Positions 8,664 through 17,988 of a stretch of DNA of 64,000 nt are shown one piece after another. The translations under genes were made by a program, and so were the position numbers. The DNA is from Rhodospirillales bacterium (GTDB taxonomy: Bacteria > Pseudomonadota > Alphaproteobacteria > Rhodospirillales > UBA2165): positions 505-64,504 of the forward strand of contig JAJECC010000109.1 in NCBI GenBank assembly GCA_022822205.1. The letters are read 5' to 3'. Positions within the stretch are counted from its first letter, which is position 1. Every line of letters begins with the position of its first letter. The notes under the pieces are model-generated. The model did no database searches, had not been told where the DNA came from, and saw only the letters and a list, made by a program, of their open reading frames with translations.

Positions 8664-10279
8664 TTGCCGGCGGCGGACCCGTGGGGCTGGCTTTGTCGAT
8701 GGAGCTTGCCTCCCGGGGCGTGCGGAACCTGCTGGTCAACGATGCCGAAACCCCGTCGAAGCACCCGAAAGGGAATTCCCTCAACTGCCGGACCATGGAA
8801 CACCTGCGGCGCTACGGCTTCGCCGATGAAGTCCGGCGGACGGGATTGTATCCCGAGCATCCGACCGACGTTGTCTATGTGACGCGGTTTACCGGCCACG
8901 AACTCGCCCGCATCAATATGCCGGCGGGCAAGAGCAAGATCGAAAACCCGGGACCATGGGGCGCCACGCTCCTGACGCCCGAACCCATGCACCGGTCGAA
9001 CCAGTTCTATTTCGAGCCGGTGCTGAAGGCGCATGCCGAAACCTACGCGGAATCGGATATCCGCTTCGGCTGGAGGCTGAACCGGTTCGAGGATTTGGGC
9101 GACCGGGTCGAGGCGGAGATCGAGGAACTGGCGAGCGGCGCGGTCGTGCCCGTCACCTGTGACTATCTGGCGGGCTGCGACGGCAGCCGAAGCATGGTCC
9201 GCCGCCAACTGGATATTCATTTCTCGGGCCGCACCAGTTCGGGCAGCGATTTCTATGACGGCGACATGATCTCGGCCTATTTCCATGCGCCCGGCGTGTA
9301 CGACGCCCTCGCCATGCCCATCGGCTGGAAGTACTACACCATCAACAACGACATACGGACCGACTGCATCACCCTCGACGGCAAGGGCGAATTCATGATG
9401 CTGGCGGAGATGCCCGAAGGGGAGAGCATCGAAACCATAGATGCCGTTCAAATATTTCGCGACGCCGTCGGGGCCGATATCGGGATCGAGCTCAAATCCA
9501 GCGTCGCATGGCTGGCCGGACTGGCCATGACGGCCGACGGCTACCAGCGGGGACGGGTGATGCTCGCCGGCGACTCCGTGCACCTCTTCACCCCCGCCGG
9601 GGGATTCGGCTTCAACACCGGAATTGACGATGCCGTGAATCTGGGCTGGAAGCTTGCCGCCGTATTGCAGGGCTGGGGCGGGCCGAAGCTGGTCGGCACA
9701 TACGAGACGGAACGCCGGCCGGTCGGTATCCGCAACACCAACGAATCGGGCCGCCTCACCTCGCAGGTCGGCGGCCTCGAATTTCCGGCCAACCTGGAGG
9801 ATGACGACGAGGCGGGCAGCCGGTCGCGGGCCGGGTTCAAGGACAAGCTCGCCATCTTCAAGGAGGAATTCGCCAGCCTGGGAATCCAGCTCGGCGCCCG
9901 CTACGACGGCTCCCCCATCGTCGTCGGCGACGGCACCGCGCCGCCGCCGGACGAGGCCGCCGTCTACCGGCCGACGGCCTGCCCCGGCGGCCGGGCGCCC
10001 CACTACTGGATCGGGGAGCGGGTTTCCCTGTTCGACCGGTTGGGGCCGTGGTTCACCGTATTGAGATTAGGGCCGACGGCTCCCGGCGCGGACGGGCTGG
10101 CCGCCGCGGCGGAAAGCGCCGGGGTTCCGGTACAGGTCCTCGACGTCGCCGAGGATGCCGCGCGCGATCTCTATGAACGGGACCTCGCGATCATCAGACC
10201 CGACCAGCATGTGGCCTGGCGGGGCAACCGGCCGCCGGACGATCCCGGCGCCCTGTGGGCGGCCATCACCGGCCACTGA
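8645..10279 (+). CDS. FAD-dependent aromatic-ring monooxygenase (PheA/TfdB-like)
   Basis: The internal ATG at 8645 gives MRVPVLIAGGGPVGLALSMELASRG. A later motif is GDSVHLFTPAGGFGFNTGIDDAVNLGWKL. The 70 aa upstream in the track ORF look non-coding. Confidence 0.85.
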   Translation: MRVPVLIAGGGPVGLALSMELASRGVRNLLVNDAETPSKHPKGNSLNCRTMEHLRRYGFADEVRRTGLYPEHPTDVVYVTRFTGHELARINMPAGKSKIENPGPWGATLLTPEPMHRSNQFYFEPVLKAHAETYAESDIRFGWRLNRFEDLGDRVEAEIEELASGAVVPVTCDYLAGCDGSRSMVRRQLDIHFSGRTSSGSDFYDGDMISAYFHAPGVYDALAMPIGWKYYTINNDIRTDCITLDGKGEFMMLAEMPEGESIETIDAVQIFRDAVGADIGIELKSSVAWLAGLAMTADGYQRGRVMLAGDSVHLFTPAGGFGFNTGIDDAVNLGWKLAAVLQGWGGPKLVGTYETERRPVGIRNTNESGRLTSQVGGLEFPANLEDDDEAGSRSRAGFKDKLAIFKEEFASLGIQLGARYDGSPIVVGDGTAPPPDEAAVYRPTACPGGRAPHYWIGERVSLFDRLGPWFTVLRLGPTAPGADGLAAAAESAGVPVQVLDVAEDAARDLYERDLAIIRPDQHVAWRGNRPPDDPGALWAAITGH

Positions 10280-10294
10280 CGGGGGCAAAGGCCG

Positions 10295-11482
10295 CTAAAG
10301 GGCGGCCAGGACCGCTTCGGCCTCGGGAACCACGTCATACGCATAGAGGTGTTTGCGAAAATCCGCGTGGGCGGCAAGCTCGGCATCGCGTTTTTCCAGA
10401 TCGGCATAGTCCAGCATCGAATCCACCCGCAGGCCGTTTATCCGCGCGCCATGCTGGATCTCCGCGACCCGCTCCCGCCGGAGTTTCTCATAGGCGAGGA
10501 GCGCTTCGGGAACGCCGGCGTTGTCCGCGGCGGACAGAATGACCGCCAAGGCCATGCCGTCCTCGATGGCCTGGTTGGCGCCCTGGCCGAGATGCGGCAG
10601 CATGGGATGCGCCGCGTCGCCGAGGAGGGCCAGCCGGTCCTTGGTCCAGGTGGGCAGGGGCTCCCGGTCATAAAGCGCCCAGCGAAACGTCCTATCGACG
10701 TTTTCCAGCACGAACCCGACCTTCGGGTCCCATCCCTCGAACTCGGCGCGCAGCACGTCGGGATCGCCCGGGGCCGACCAGGATTCCTTCATCTCCTCGT
10801 CCGTGGGGACGAAGCCGACATAGTTGACCATCTCCCCGTGACGCACCGGGAAGACCAGGAAGTGTTTCGACGGTCCGGCCCAGGTTTGCCACCGGTCCAT
10901 GGGCCAGTCGCCCAGGCGGTCGCGGTGGACGAGGCCCCGGTAGCTGATGGTGCCGTGGAATACGGGCGTCGAGGGCGGAAACACATAGGGCCGGAGTTCC
11001 GAGTGGATGCCGTCGGCGGCGATCACCGCGTCGGCCTCGATTTGGCTTCCATTGTCGAAGCTCACCCGGGCCGTGCCGCCGGCCTGCTCGAACCCGGCGG
11101 CGCGATGGCCGCAATGGACCACGCCGTCCGGGAGCGCCGCCGCCAGGAAATCCACGAAATCCGCCCGGTGCATGCCGTAAACCGCCTTCCAGCCCGTCGC
11201 ATCGCTGACCTGCACCGGTGCGATGTGCGTGCCGTCATGGCGCAGATATTGCGACCCCTCACCGATGAGCGCGCCCCATTTCTCCACCGCGGGGCCCAGG
11301 CCGACCCGCTGCAAATGACGGACGCAATTCGGCGTAATCTGGACCCCCGCGCCGATCTCGCCCAGTTCCGGCGCCTGCTCGTAAACCGATACCTCCAGCC
11401 CACGGGCGATCAAGGCGTTGGCGGCGAACAGGCCGCCGATGCCTCCTCCGACAATTGCGACCCTGGGCCGCGATTTCGCCAT
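10295..11482 (-). CDS. FAD-dependent monooxygenase (salicylate / 3-hydroxybenzoate hydroxylase-like)
   Basis: MAKSRPRVAIVGGGIGGLFAANAL, and LLGDAAHPMLPHLGQGANQAIEDG. Confidence 0.85.
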   Translation of the reverse strand: MAKSRPRVAIVGGGIGGLFAANALIARGLEVSVYEQAPELGEIGAGVQITPNCVRHLQRVGLGPAVEKWGALIGEGSQYLRHDGTHIAPVQVSDATGWKAVYGMHRADFVDFLAAALPDGVVHCGHRAAGFEQAGGTARVSFDNGSQIEADAVIAADGIHSELRPYVFPPSTPVFHGTISYRGLVHRDRLGDWPMDRWQTWAGPSKHFLVFPVRHGEMVNYVGFVPTDEEMKESWSAPGDPDVLRAEFEGWDPKVGFVLENVDRTFRWALYDREPLPTWTKDRLALLGDAAHPMLPHLGQGANQAIEDGMALAVILSAADNAGVPEALLAYEKLRRERVAEIQHGARINGLRVDSMLDYADLEKRDAELAAHADFRKHLYAYDVVPEAEAVLAAL

Positions 11483-11506
11483 GCCGCGCTCCTCGGGACA
11501 TCCGCG

Positions 11507-12478
11507 TCAGGGGATGGTCCGGCTTTCCCCGGCCGCCTGATAATTTTCGAGAATTGGATCCGTCCGGGCCTTGTCCGGATCAAGAATCGAGTAGGATTTT
11601 CCGACCGGTCCGTAGGGAAGATCGCCTCTCAAGGTTACCCGCTCCATCCGCCGCCGGTCGGGCAGATAGTCCCGCGCGGCATAATGCTGAACCGTCCGGT
11701 TGTCCCAAAAGGCCATCAAATTCTCCTGCCAATGGACCCGGAACTGATATTCGGGGATTTGGGTCTGCCGGTACAGCAGGTCGAGCAAGGCGTCGCTCTC
11801 GTCCTGTTTCATGCCCTTGATGGCGACCGTGAACTGCGGGCTGACATAGATCGCCTGCTTTCCCGTCACCGGGTGGGTGCGTATCACCGGATGAACCGGA
11901 TTCGGAAATTTGTCCATCATTTCCCAGAGGCGCTGACGGTGCTCCTGGCTGTTTCCGTAGAGCCGTTTGAAGTTCTTGAAATCGTTGACGGCCTCCAGGC
12001 CGGAGAGGAAGGATTGCAGGCTGCCGCTCAATCCCTCGAAGGCGGCGGTCATATTGCAGAACAAGGTGTCGCCGCCGACCCTCGGAACGATTTTCGCCCG
12101 CAGCAGGGTGCCCAGGGGAGGTTCCAGCCGGAACATCTCGTCACTGTGCCAGACATCGGTGGAAAGCGGCGGGTTGTCGCCGTCATTGTCGAGGACGATC
12201 ATCTCGGGCAGGTCGTCCAGATGCGGTGAAAACGGGTGAACCGTCAGTTCGCCGAAATTCGCCGCGAAGTCCGCCTGCTGCTCCCGGGTGATGTCCTGAT
12301 TGCGGAACACGATGACGCCGTGCTCCATGAGGGCGTCATGGACCAGCTTTCGGTCCCCTTCGCCGATGGGCTTGCCGGTATCCAGCCCGTGGATTTCCGC
12401 ACCGGCGTGGGGTCCCAGTTGCTTGACCCGGGCGGTTGAGGCGCCGGCCTCATTGGATTGATCAATCACCTGGTCCAT
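11507..12478 (-). CDS. TauD/TfdA-family Fe(II)/2-oxoglutarate dioxygenase
   Basis: The ATG at 12478 follows GGAGGA and gives MDQVIDQSNE... The WHSDEMF HxD motif is present and the length is typical for TauD. The track start at 12532 adds 18 unlikely residues. Confidence 0.85.
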   Translation of the reverse strand: MDQVIDQSNEAGASTARVKQLGPHAGAEIHGLDTGKPIGEGDRKLVHDALMEHGVIVFRNQDITREQQADFAANFGELTVHPFSPHLDDLPEMIVLDNDGDNPPLSTDVWHSDEMFRLEPPLGTLLRAKIVPRVGGDTLFCNMTAAFEGLSGSLQSFLSGLEAVNDFKNFKRLYGNSQEHRQRLWEMMDKFPNPVHPVIRTHPVTGKQAIYVSPQFTVAIKGMKQDESDALLDLLYRQTQIPEYQFRVHWQENLMAFWDNRTVQHYAARDYLPDRRRMERVTLRGDLPYGPVGKSYSILDPDKARTDPILENYQAAGESRTIP

Positions 12479-12600
12479 GGCGTCCTCCAGACAGGATCGA
12501 TTTATAGAACTTTTCCAACGTCCAAATACCAACTAGATTTAACAACAAGCCCAAGTAAAAAGCACAGGGCGAATTCACGCAACAGGCAGGGAGACGTACA

Positions 12601-13629
12601 ATGGAAATTGCAAAATCCGTGAAGCTATTGGGCTTATCGGCGGCCGTGGCGACCGCGGCGATGGTGTCCGCGCCGCAAGCAGGCGCCCAGGAGGTATCCT
12701 TGCGGCTGCACACGTTCGTGCCGGCCGTTGCGCGGTCATTCAAGAACCTGGATTGGTGGGCGAAGAAGGTCGAAAAGGAATCGAACAACCGCATCCAGAT
12801 CAAGCTGTTCCCGTCCCGCCAGCTTGGCGGCAAGCCGTCGGAACTTTACGATCAGGCCCGCAAAGGGTTCGTGGACGTCATTTACTCCCTGCCCGGATAT
12901 ACCCCGGGCCGGTTCCCGCGCCTCGAGGTCGTGGAACTGCCCTTTGTTTCCGGCCACTCGCCGAGGATCATGGCCCCGGCAATCTGGTCCATGTACGACA
13001 AATGGTTTTCCAAGGATTTTCCGGATACCCATCCCATCGTCCTCCACGCACCGGGACCCTTCGGACTGTTCTCCCATAAACCCATCAAAAGCCTGGATGA
13101 CCTGAAGGGCCTCAAGATTCGCGTCTCGGGCCGGACCATGGGGCAGGCGTTCAAGGCGATCGGCGCGACGCCCGTCGGTATTCCGGGGATCAAGATGGCG
13201 GAAGCCTTCCAGCGCAATGTGATCGATGCCGTTTATACGGCCTGGACGATTTCACTTCCGACAAAGATCGTTCGCGTGGCCAAGCACTACGCCATGCCCG
13301 GTCTGAGCTCGGGCGTGCTGATGGTCGTCATGAACAAGGACAGCTACGATAAACTGCCCGCCGATCTGAAGAAGGTTGTCGACAACAATTCCGGCGCGGC
13401 CCTGGCCAAGGAGTACGGCGAGCGCTGGCACAACGACGATATGCCGGCCCTCAATATCGCCAAGAAATCCGGCAAGCCGATGTACGTGTTCTCGGACGGC
13501 GACAAGAAGCGATGGGCCGCGGCGTCCGAAAAAGTCGTGGAAGGCTGGATTGCCGACATGAAGAAGAAAGGCATAGACGGCGCGGCGCTGCTTGCCGACA
13601 TGAAGGCCGCCGTCAAGAAGTTCCAATAG
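12601..13629 (+). CDS. dctP: TRAP transporter substrate-binding protein DctP (system 1)
   Basis: Signal peptide MEIAKSVKLLGLSAAVATAAMVSAPQAGA and DctP-family length. dctQ and dctM follow. Confidence 0.9.
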   Translation: MEIAKSVKLLGLSAAVATAAMVSAPQAGAQEVSLRLHTFVPAVARSFKNLDWWAKKVEKESNNRIQIKLFPSRQLGGKPSELYDQARKGFVDVIYSLPGYTPGRFPRLEVVELPFVSGHSPRIMAPAIWSMYDKWFSKDFPDTHPIVLHAPGPFGLFSHKPIKSLDDLKGLKIRVSGRTMGQAFKAIGATPVGIPGIKMAEAFQRNVIDAVYTAWTISLPTKIVRVAKHYAMPGLSSGVLMVVMNKDSYDKLPADLKKVVDNNSGAALAKEYGERWHNDDMPALNIAKKSGKPMYVFSDGDKKRWAAASEKVVEGWIADMKKKGIDGAALLADMKAAVKKFQ

Positions 13630-13653
13630 GCGTACGGGTTCCGGCGGCGGAGG

Positions 13654-14193
13654 TTGTCTCCGCTGCCGGGCTTGCAGCGTTGTGACGCCATGAAAGACGT
13701 GGACGGCGGGGATACCCGGAAACCGGAGGAAACCGGCCTCACCAGGTTTACGCGCCTCGTGGCGCTCGTGGGCGGGTTCGCCGTCGTGGGGGTCGCGGCG
13801 CTGACGGTGGTCAGCGTTATCGGCCGCTACACGTTCGGTACGCCGATCACGGGCGACTATGAGATCGTGGAGTATGGAATCTCCTTTGCCGCCTTCTGCT
13901 TCTTTGCGTTTGCCCATGCGACCAACAGCCACATCATCGCCGAGTTTTTTTCCGGCCGAATGTCGGGACGCACCACGCGCCTGATCGATGCCGTGCAAAA
14001 TTCGATCCTGTTCGCGATCCTGATCGTCCTGGTATGGCGGGTTGTCGTCGGCGGCGTCGACAAGTTCGAAACCGGCGACGAATCCATGTTCCTGGCCATG
14101 AAAACCTGGTGGCTGCATGTGGTCGGCGCGTTCGGCCTCGCCCTCTTCGCCTGGGTCGCCTTCCGAAAAATTCTTGAGAAGCCCGGCTCGTGA
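13654..14193 (+). CDS. dctQ: TRAP small permease DctQ (system 1)
   Basis: Four-helix small membrane protein between dctP and dctM. The start is uncertain: TTG 13654 or ATG 13690. Confidence 0.8.
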   Translation: MSPLPGLQRCDAMKDVDGGDTRKPEETGLTRFTRLVALVGGFAVVGVAALTVVSVIGRYTFGTPITGDYEIVEYGISFAAFCFFAFAHATNSHIIAEFFSGRMSGRTTRLIDAVQNSILFAILIVLVWRVVVGGVDKFETGDESMFLAMKTWWLHVVGAFGLALFAWVAFRKILEKPGS

Positions 14194-15503
14194 GCGGCAC
14201 CGAACTCGCCATCGTGATGTTCGTGGTGCTGCTGGCGATGATCGCGCTGCGCATGCCCATCGCCATCGCGCTGTTTGCCGTAGGCGCGATCGGCATGGTC
14301 CAATTGACGAGTTTCGACCAATTGCTGATCTGGCTCGAGGCCGCGCCGGTCGGCCGGACGGCCAGCTATTCCCTGTCCGTGATCCCGATTTTCGTTCTGA
14401 TGGGTCAACTGGCCATGCACTCCGGGTTGAGCGCCGTGCTGTTCCGCTCGGCCCGGGCCTGGGTCGGCCACCGGCCCGGCGGCATGGCCGTCGCAACCAT
14501 CGGAGGATGCGCGGCTTTCGGCGCCATCTGCGGCTCATCCCTGGCCACGGGCGCGACGATGGCCAGCGTCTCATTGCCGGAGATGAAAAAGCTCGGCTAT
14601 TCGGGCGCATTGTCCACCGGCAGCCTCGCGGCGGGAGGGACGCTGGGAATTCTGATCCCGCCGTCGATCATTCTCGTCATCTACGCAATCATCACCGAAC
14701 AATCCATCGGGGATCTTTTCCTGGCGGCCGTGTTCCCCGGGATCATCGCAACTTTCTACTACGTCATATCCGTCTGGGTATTCGTTCGATTTCGCCCGGA
14801 GGCGGGTCCCGCCGGCGAAAGATACGGATGGCGCGAGCGCCTGGAGAGTCTCAAGTACGTGTGGCCGGTGGCCGTTATCTTCCTTCTTGTCATCGGCGGG
14901 ATATATCGCGGCATTTTCACGCCGACCGAAGGCGCCGCGGTCGGCGCCGCCGCTACCGGACTGATCGCGCTCTTCCGCAGGATGAGTTGGGACCAGTTCA
15001 CCGCCGCCCTGATAGGGACGGCGAAGACCACCGGGATGATCTACCTCATTCTCATCGGTGCGGAGATTTATGGGTCCTTCATGGCCCTGTCGGAACTGCC
15101 GCTCAGGATCGCCGGTATGGTATCGGGGTTGGAACTGACCCCCTTGGCCGTCATCGCCCTGATTTTGGTGATCTATATTCTATTGGGCGCGGTGATGGAC
15201 GGGCTCGCGATGATCCTGATTACCGTCCCGGTCTTTTTGCCCATCGTTCTGGGATTGGATCTCGGGATGTCGGAGGAAGCGAAGGCCATATGGTTCGGCA
15301 TTCTTGTTCTGAGCGTCGTCGAGACGGGGCTGATCACCCCGCCCGTCGGCCTCAATTGTTATGTGATCAATTCGCTGGCCGATGATGTGAGCCTGGTCGA
15401 GACCTTCAAGGGGGTTACTCCCTTCGTCATCAGCGATTTCTTCCGGCTCGCCACCATCGTCGGGTTCCCCGCGGTTGCGCTTTGGGCGCCGGGGCTTCTT
15501 TGA
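14190..15503 (+). CDS. dctM: TRAP large permease DctM (system 1)
   Basis: 437-aa polytopic membrane protein. The GTG start overlaps the dctQ stop (GTGA). Confidence 0.9.
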   Translation: MSGTELAIVMFVVLLAMIALRMPIAIALFAVGAIGMVQLTSFDQLLIWLEAAPVGRTASYSLSVIPIFVLMGQLAMHSGLSAVLFRSARAWVGHRPGGMAVATIGGCAAFGAICGSSLATGATMASVSLPEMKKLGYSGALSTGSLAAGGTLGILIPPSIILVIYAIITEQSIGDLFLAAVFPGIIATFYYVISVWVFVRFRPEAGPAGERYGWRERLESLKYVWPVAVIFLLVIGGIYRGIFTPTEGAAVGAAATGLIALFRRMSWDQFTAALIGTAKTTGMIYLILIGAEIYGSFMALSELPLRIAGMVSGLELTPLAVIALILVIYILLGAVMDGLAMILITVPVFLPIVLGLDLGMSEEAKAIWFGILVLSVVETGLITPPVGLNCYVINSLADDVSLVETFKGVTPFVISDFFRLATIVGFPAVALWAPGLL

Positions 15504-15608
15504 AACTTTCACAAATCGGGCGCCGCCGGATTTGGTTGTCGTGACATCTCCGATGCCAACTAGTATTGGAACGGGATCACTTCGCCAGATGAAAAAACGG
15601 GGAGACGG

Positions 15609-16577
15609 ATGGAATACCGTTACATCGGAAACAGCGGGCTGAGAGTTTCCACGATCAGCCTCGGCACCATGAATTTCGGGGCGACGACAAGCGAAGCCGC
15701 CGCCCGCAAAATCGTCGATGCCGCCCGGGGCCAGGGGATCAATTTCGTCGATACCGCCGACGCCTACGCCGGCGGCGCGTCGGAGACCATTTTGGGAAAG
15801 CTGATCAGGAAGGACCGCAAGGACTGGGTGGTTGCAACCAAGGTCGGGCAGCAGGACGGGCCGCCCGAGCGGAAACGCGGCCTGTCGAAAAAATGGATGA
15901 TGGAGGCCATAGACGCCTCGTTGACCCGCCTTCGGATGGATTACGTCGAAATCTATTACATGCACCATGTCGACTGGGATACGCCCCTCGAGGAAAGCAT
16001 CGAGGCGATGGGAGAAATCATTGCCGGCGGCAAGGCCCAGTATTGGGGTTTCTCCAATCACCGGGCCTGGCAGGTCGGCGAGCTTGTCCGCCTTTGCGAC
16101 AATCTGGGCACCCCCCGGCCCATCATCGCGCAGCCGATGTACAATATCGTCAACCGGACCCCGGAAACCGACCTGCTTCCCGCCTGCGAATATTACGGCA
16201 TCGGTGTCGTGCCGTATTCGCCCCTCGCCCGCGGGGTGCTTACGGGAAAATACGGGACCCGGAAGAAGATGCCCAAGAACAGCCGGGGCGGCCGCGGCGA
16301 CGCAAGTATTCTGAACCGTGATCTAAAGGAGGAATCCCTTCAGGCCGTCGCCAAAATCGAGGCCTATCTCGAAAACAGGAAAATTCCCGTGTCCGATTTC
16401 GCGATCAGGTGGCTGCTCAACAACGGAATCGTCACGAGCGTCATCGGCGGGCCGCGGACCCTTCGGCAATGGAACGCCTATGTCCGGGCGGCCGGCAGGG
16501 AATTCACCGCCGAGGATGAAGCGTTTGTCGACACCCTCGTCGCCCCGGGTCACCAGGCCACCCATGGATATACCTGA
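15609..16577 (+). CDS. Aldo/keto reductase
   Basis: MEYRYIGNSGLRVSTISLGTMNFG...GINFVDTADAYAGG, a typical AKR N-terminus. 322 aa. Confidence 0.9.
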   Translation: MEYRYIGNSGLRVSTISLGTMNFGATTSEAAARKIVDAARGQGINFVDTADAYAGGASETILGKLIRKDRKDWVVATKVGQQDGPPERKRGLSKKWMMEAIDASLTRLRMDYVEIYYMHHVDWDTPLEESIEAMGEIIAGGKAQYWGFSNHRAWQVGELVRLCDNLGTPRPIIAQPMYNIVNRTPETDLLPACEYYGIGVVPYSPLARGVLTGKYGTRKKMPKNSRGGRGDASILNRDLKEESLQAVAKIEAYLENRKIPVSDFAIRWLLNNGIVTSVIGGPRTLRQWNAYVRAAGREFTAEDEAFVDTLVAPGHQATHGYT

Positions 16578-16631
16578 CCGCGCTATCCGGTGCGCGGCCG
16601 GCGCGCGATAGAAGGCTGACCAAGGCCGGCA

Positions 16632-16665
16632 AGAGCAGTTTCCGGCCAAATCCGGAAACTGCTCT
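16632..16665. terminator. Perfect 14-bp-stem hairpin between convergent genes
   Basis: AGAGCAGTTTCCGG-ccaaat-CCGGAAACTGCTCT. The right arm overlaps the stop codon of the minus-strand gene that ends at 16664. Neither side has a clear U-tract. Confidence 0.55.
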
Positions 16666-17962
16666 AAGTGCGCTCCAGAATGTCCAAGCCCATGTCGCGG
16701 TCGAAAAGATAAATCAATCCCCGCCCGTCGACTTCGACATCGTTGCTTTGAGGCGCCGCATGGCCTGCCCGGGGTTCCGGGATGAAATAACCGATTTCTT
16801 CCGGCCGCGCGGGATTGGCCACGTCGACGATCCGCAAGCCTCCGGCAAACCAGGTGCAGCAGACAATGCTGTCTTCCAGGTGATCGGTGAATTGATGGGC
16901 GCCAAACCGCGCGCCGGGGGTGCGGGACCAGGGACTATCCAGTTCCGAGACGTGGTACGAACCCAACCCGAAGATGTTGCCGAAATCCGTCACGTCGAAG
17001 GTCCAGAGGTTGGCCGGCGCCTGCCCGTTCCCGGGCGTCCGCGCATGCTCTTCGTCGATTACGACGGCGATCCGGCGGCCGCCGATCAATTGAGGGACCG
17101 GGAGAATTGTATGCGTCGGCTCGCGAACCATCGGGTGATAGGTATGTTCCGCGACCGTGACCGGCGCCGTGATATCCGAAACGTCGATCACGCGGAATCC
17201 CGCCTGCCACACCGAGGCCCAAATTTCGTCGCCGACGCGAAGCCCATGGTGCAGACGATGCGAGTAACGGGTCCAGGTGGGCGTCTCGCCGCCGGCCAGA
17301 TGTTGGCCCGGCATGTGCCAGCGGGAAACCTCCCTTGGGTTGCTCGGGTCGGCAAGATCGTAGATGACCAGGATGTTGCCGATATAGCCCTCCATCTCGG
17401 TCGAGATGTAAGCGTAGCTTTCATCCATATCGAACCGATGGGTGCCGAACCCATGGGTTCTCACATGACAGAGCTGCTTCGGATTGGATTTGTCGGAAAT
17501 ATCCCAAACCTTGAAACCGCCGTCTTCATAGAACCCCGGTTCCTGCGCCTCGATCATCCGGGGCAGCATCCCGGCCTTTACGCCGAGTGCCGCCGCGACG
17601 TTCTCATCGCTCGGCTCCCTGCCCTCCGCTTCGAGCATGGCTCTTGTTTCCGGAATCCGGGACCCCGCACGCAGGACATGACGATTATTCTGCTCGACAT
17701 TCGTGATCATGATATCGCCGGCGACGCGCACCTTGTGGGTGTGGGATTTGCCGTCGTCCGTCCTGCACCGCCAAACGATTTTCGGGTTTTTCGGATCGGC
17801 CACATCGACGATGGTGGTGCCGTCGGGCGGTTTCATGTGGCCGACGAACGCATAATTGCCCTGGACCACGACCTGGCCGCCGCCGATCAGGTCCAGCGAA
17901 CCGACCTTCTCGACATTGCGGGTGAGATCGCCGCCCTTATAGTCCTGTATGGAATCAAGCAT
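16664..17962 (-). CDS. LVIVD-repeat beta-propeller protein, no signal peptide, function unknown
   Basis: Recurring blade motifs: TTIVDVADPKNPKIV, FKVWDISDKSNPKQL, ILVIYDLADPSNPREV, FRVIDVSDITAPVTV and LRIVDVANPARPEEI. The N-terminus MLDSIQDYKGGDL is not a leader peptide. Confidence 0.7.
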   Translation of the reverse strand: MLDSIQDYKGGDLTRNVEKVGSLDLIGGGQVVVQGNYAFVGHMKPPDGTTIVDVADPKNPKIVWRCRTDDGKSHTHKVRVAGDIMITNVEQNNRHVLRAGSRIPETRAMLEAEGREPSDENVAAALGVKAGMLPRMIEAQEPGFYEDGGFKVWDISDKSNPKQLCHVRTHGFGTHRFDMDESYAYISTEMEGYIGNILVIYDLADPSNPREVSRWHMPGQHLAGGETPTWTRYSHRLHHGLRVGDEIWASVWQAGFRVIDVSDITAPVTVAEHTYHPMVREPTHTILPVPQLIGGRRIAVVIDEEHARTPGNGQAPANLWTFDVTDFGNIFGLGSYHVSELDSPWSRTPGARFGAHQFTDHLEDSIVCCTWFAGGLRIVDVANPARPEEIGYFIPEPRAGHAAPQSNDVEVDGRGLIYLFDRDMGLDILERT

Positions 17963-17988
17963 CAGCCTTCCCCGAACGTGTTTTACGG

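Noticed and set aside
10349-12229. 626-aa plus-strand ORF spanning two minus-strand genes
   Set aside because: It runs antisense across both the monooxygenase and the TauD-like gene, including their intergenic gap. Its composition is low-complexity. It is an artefact of stop-codon scarcity.
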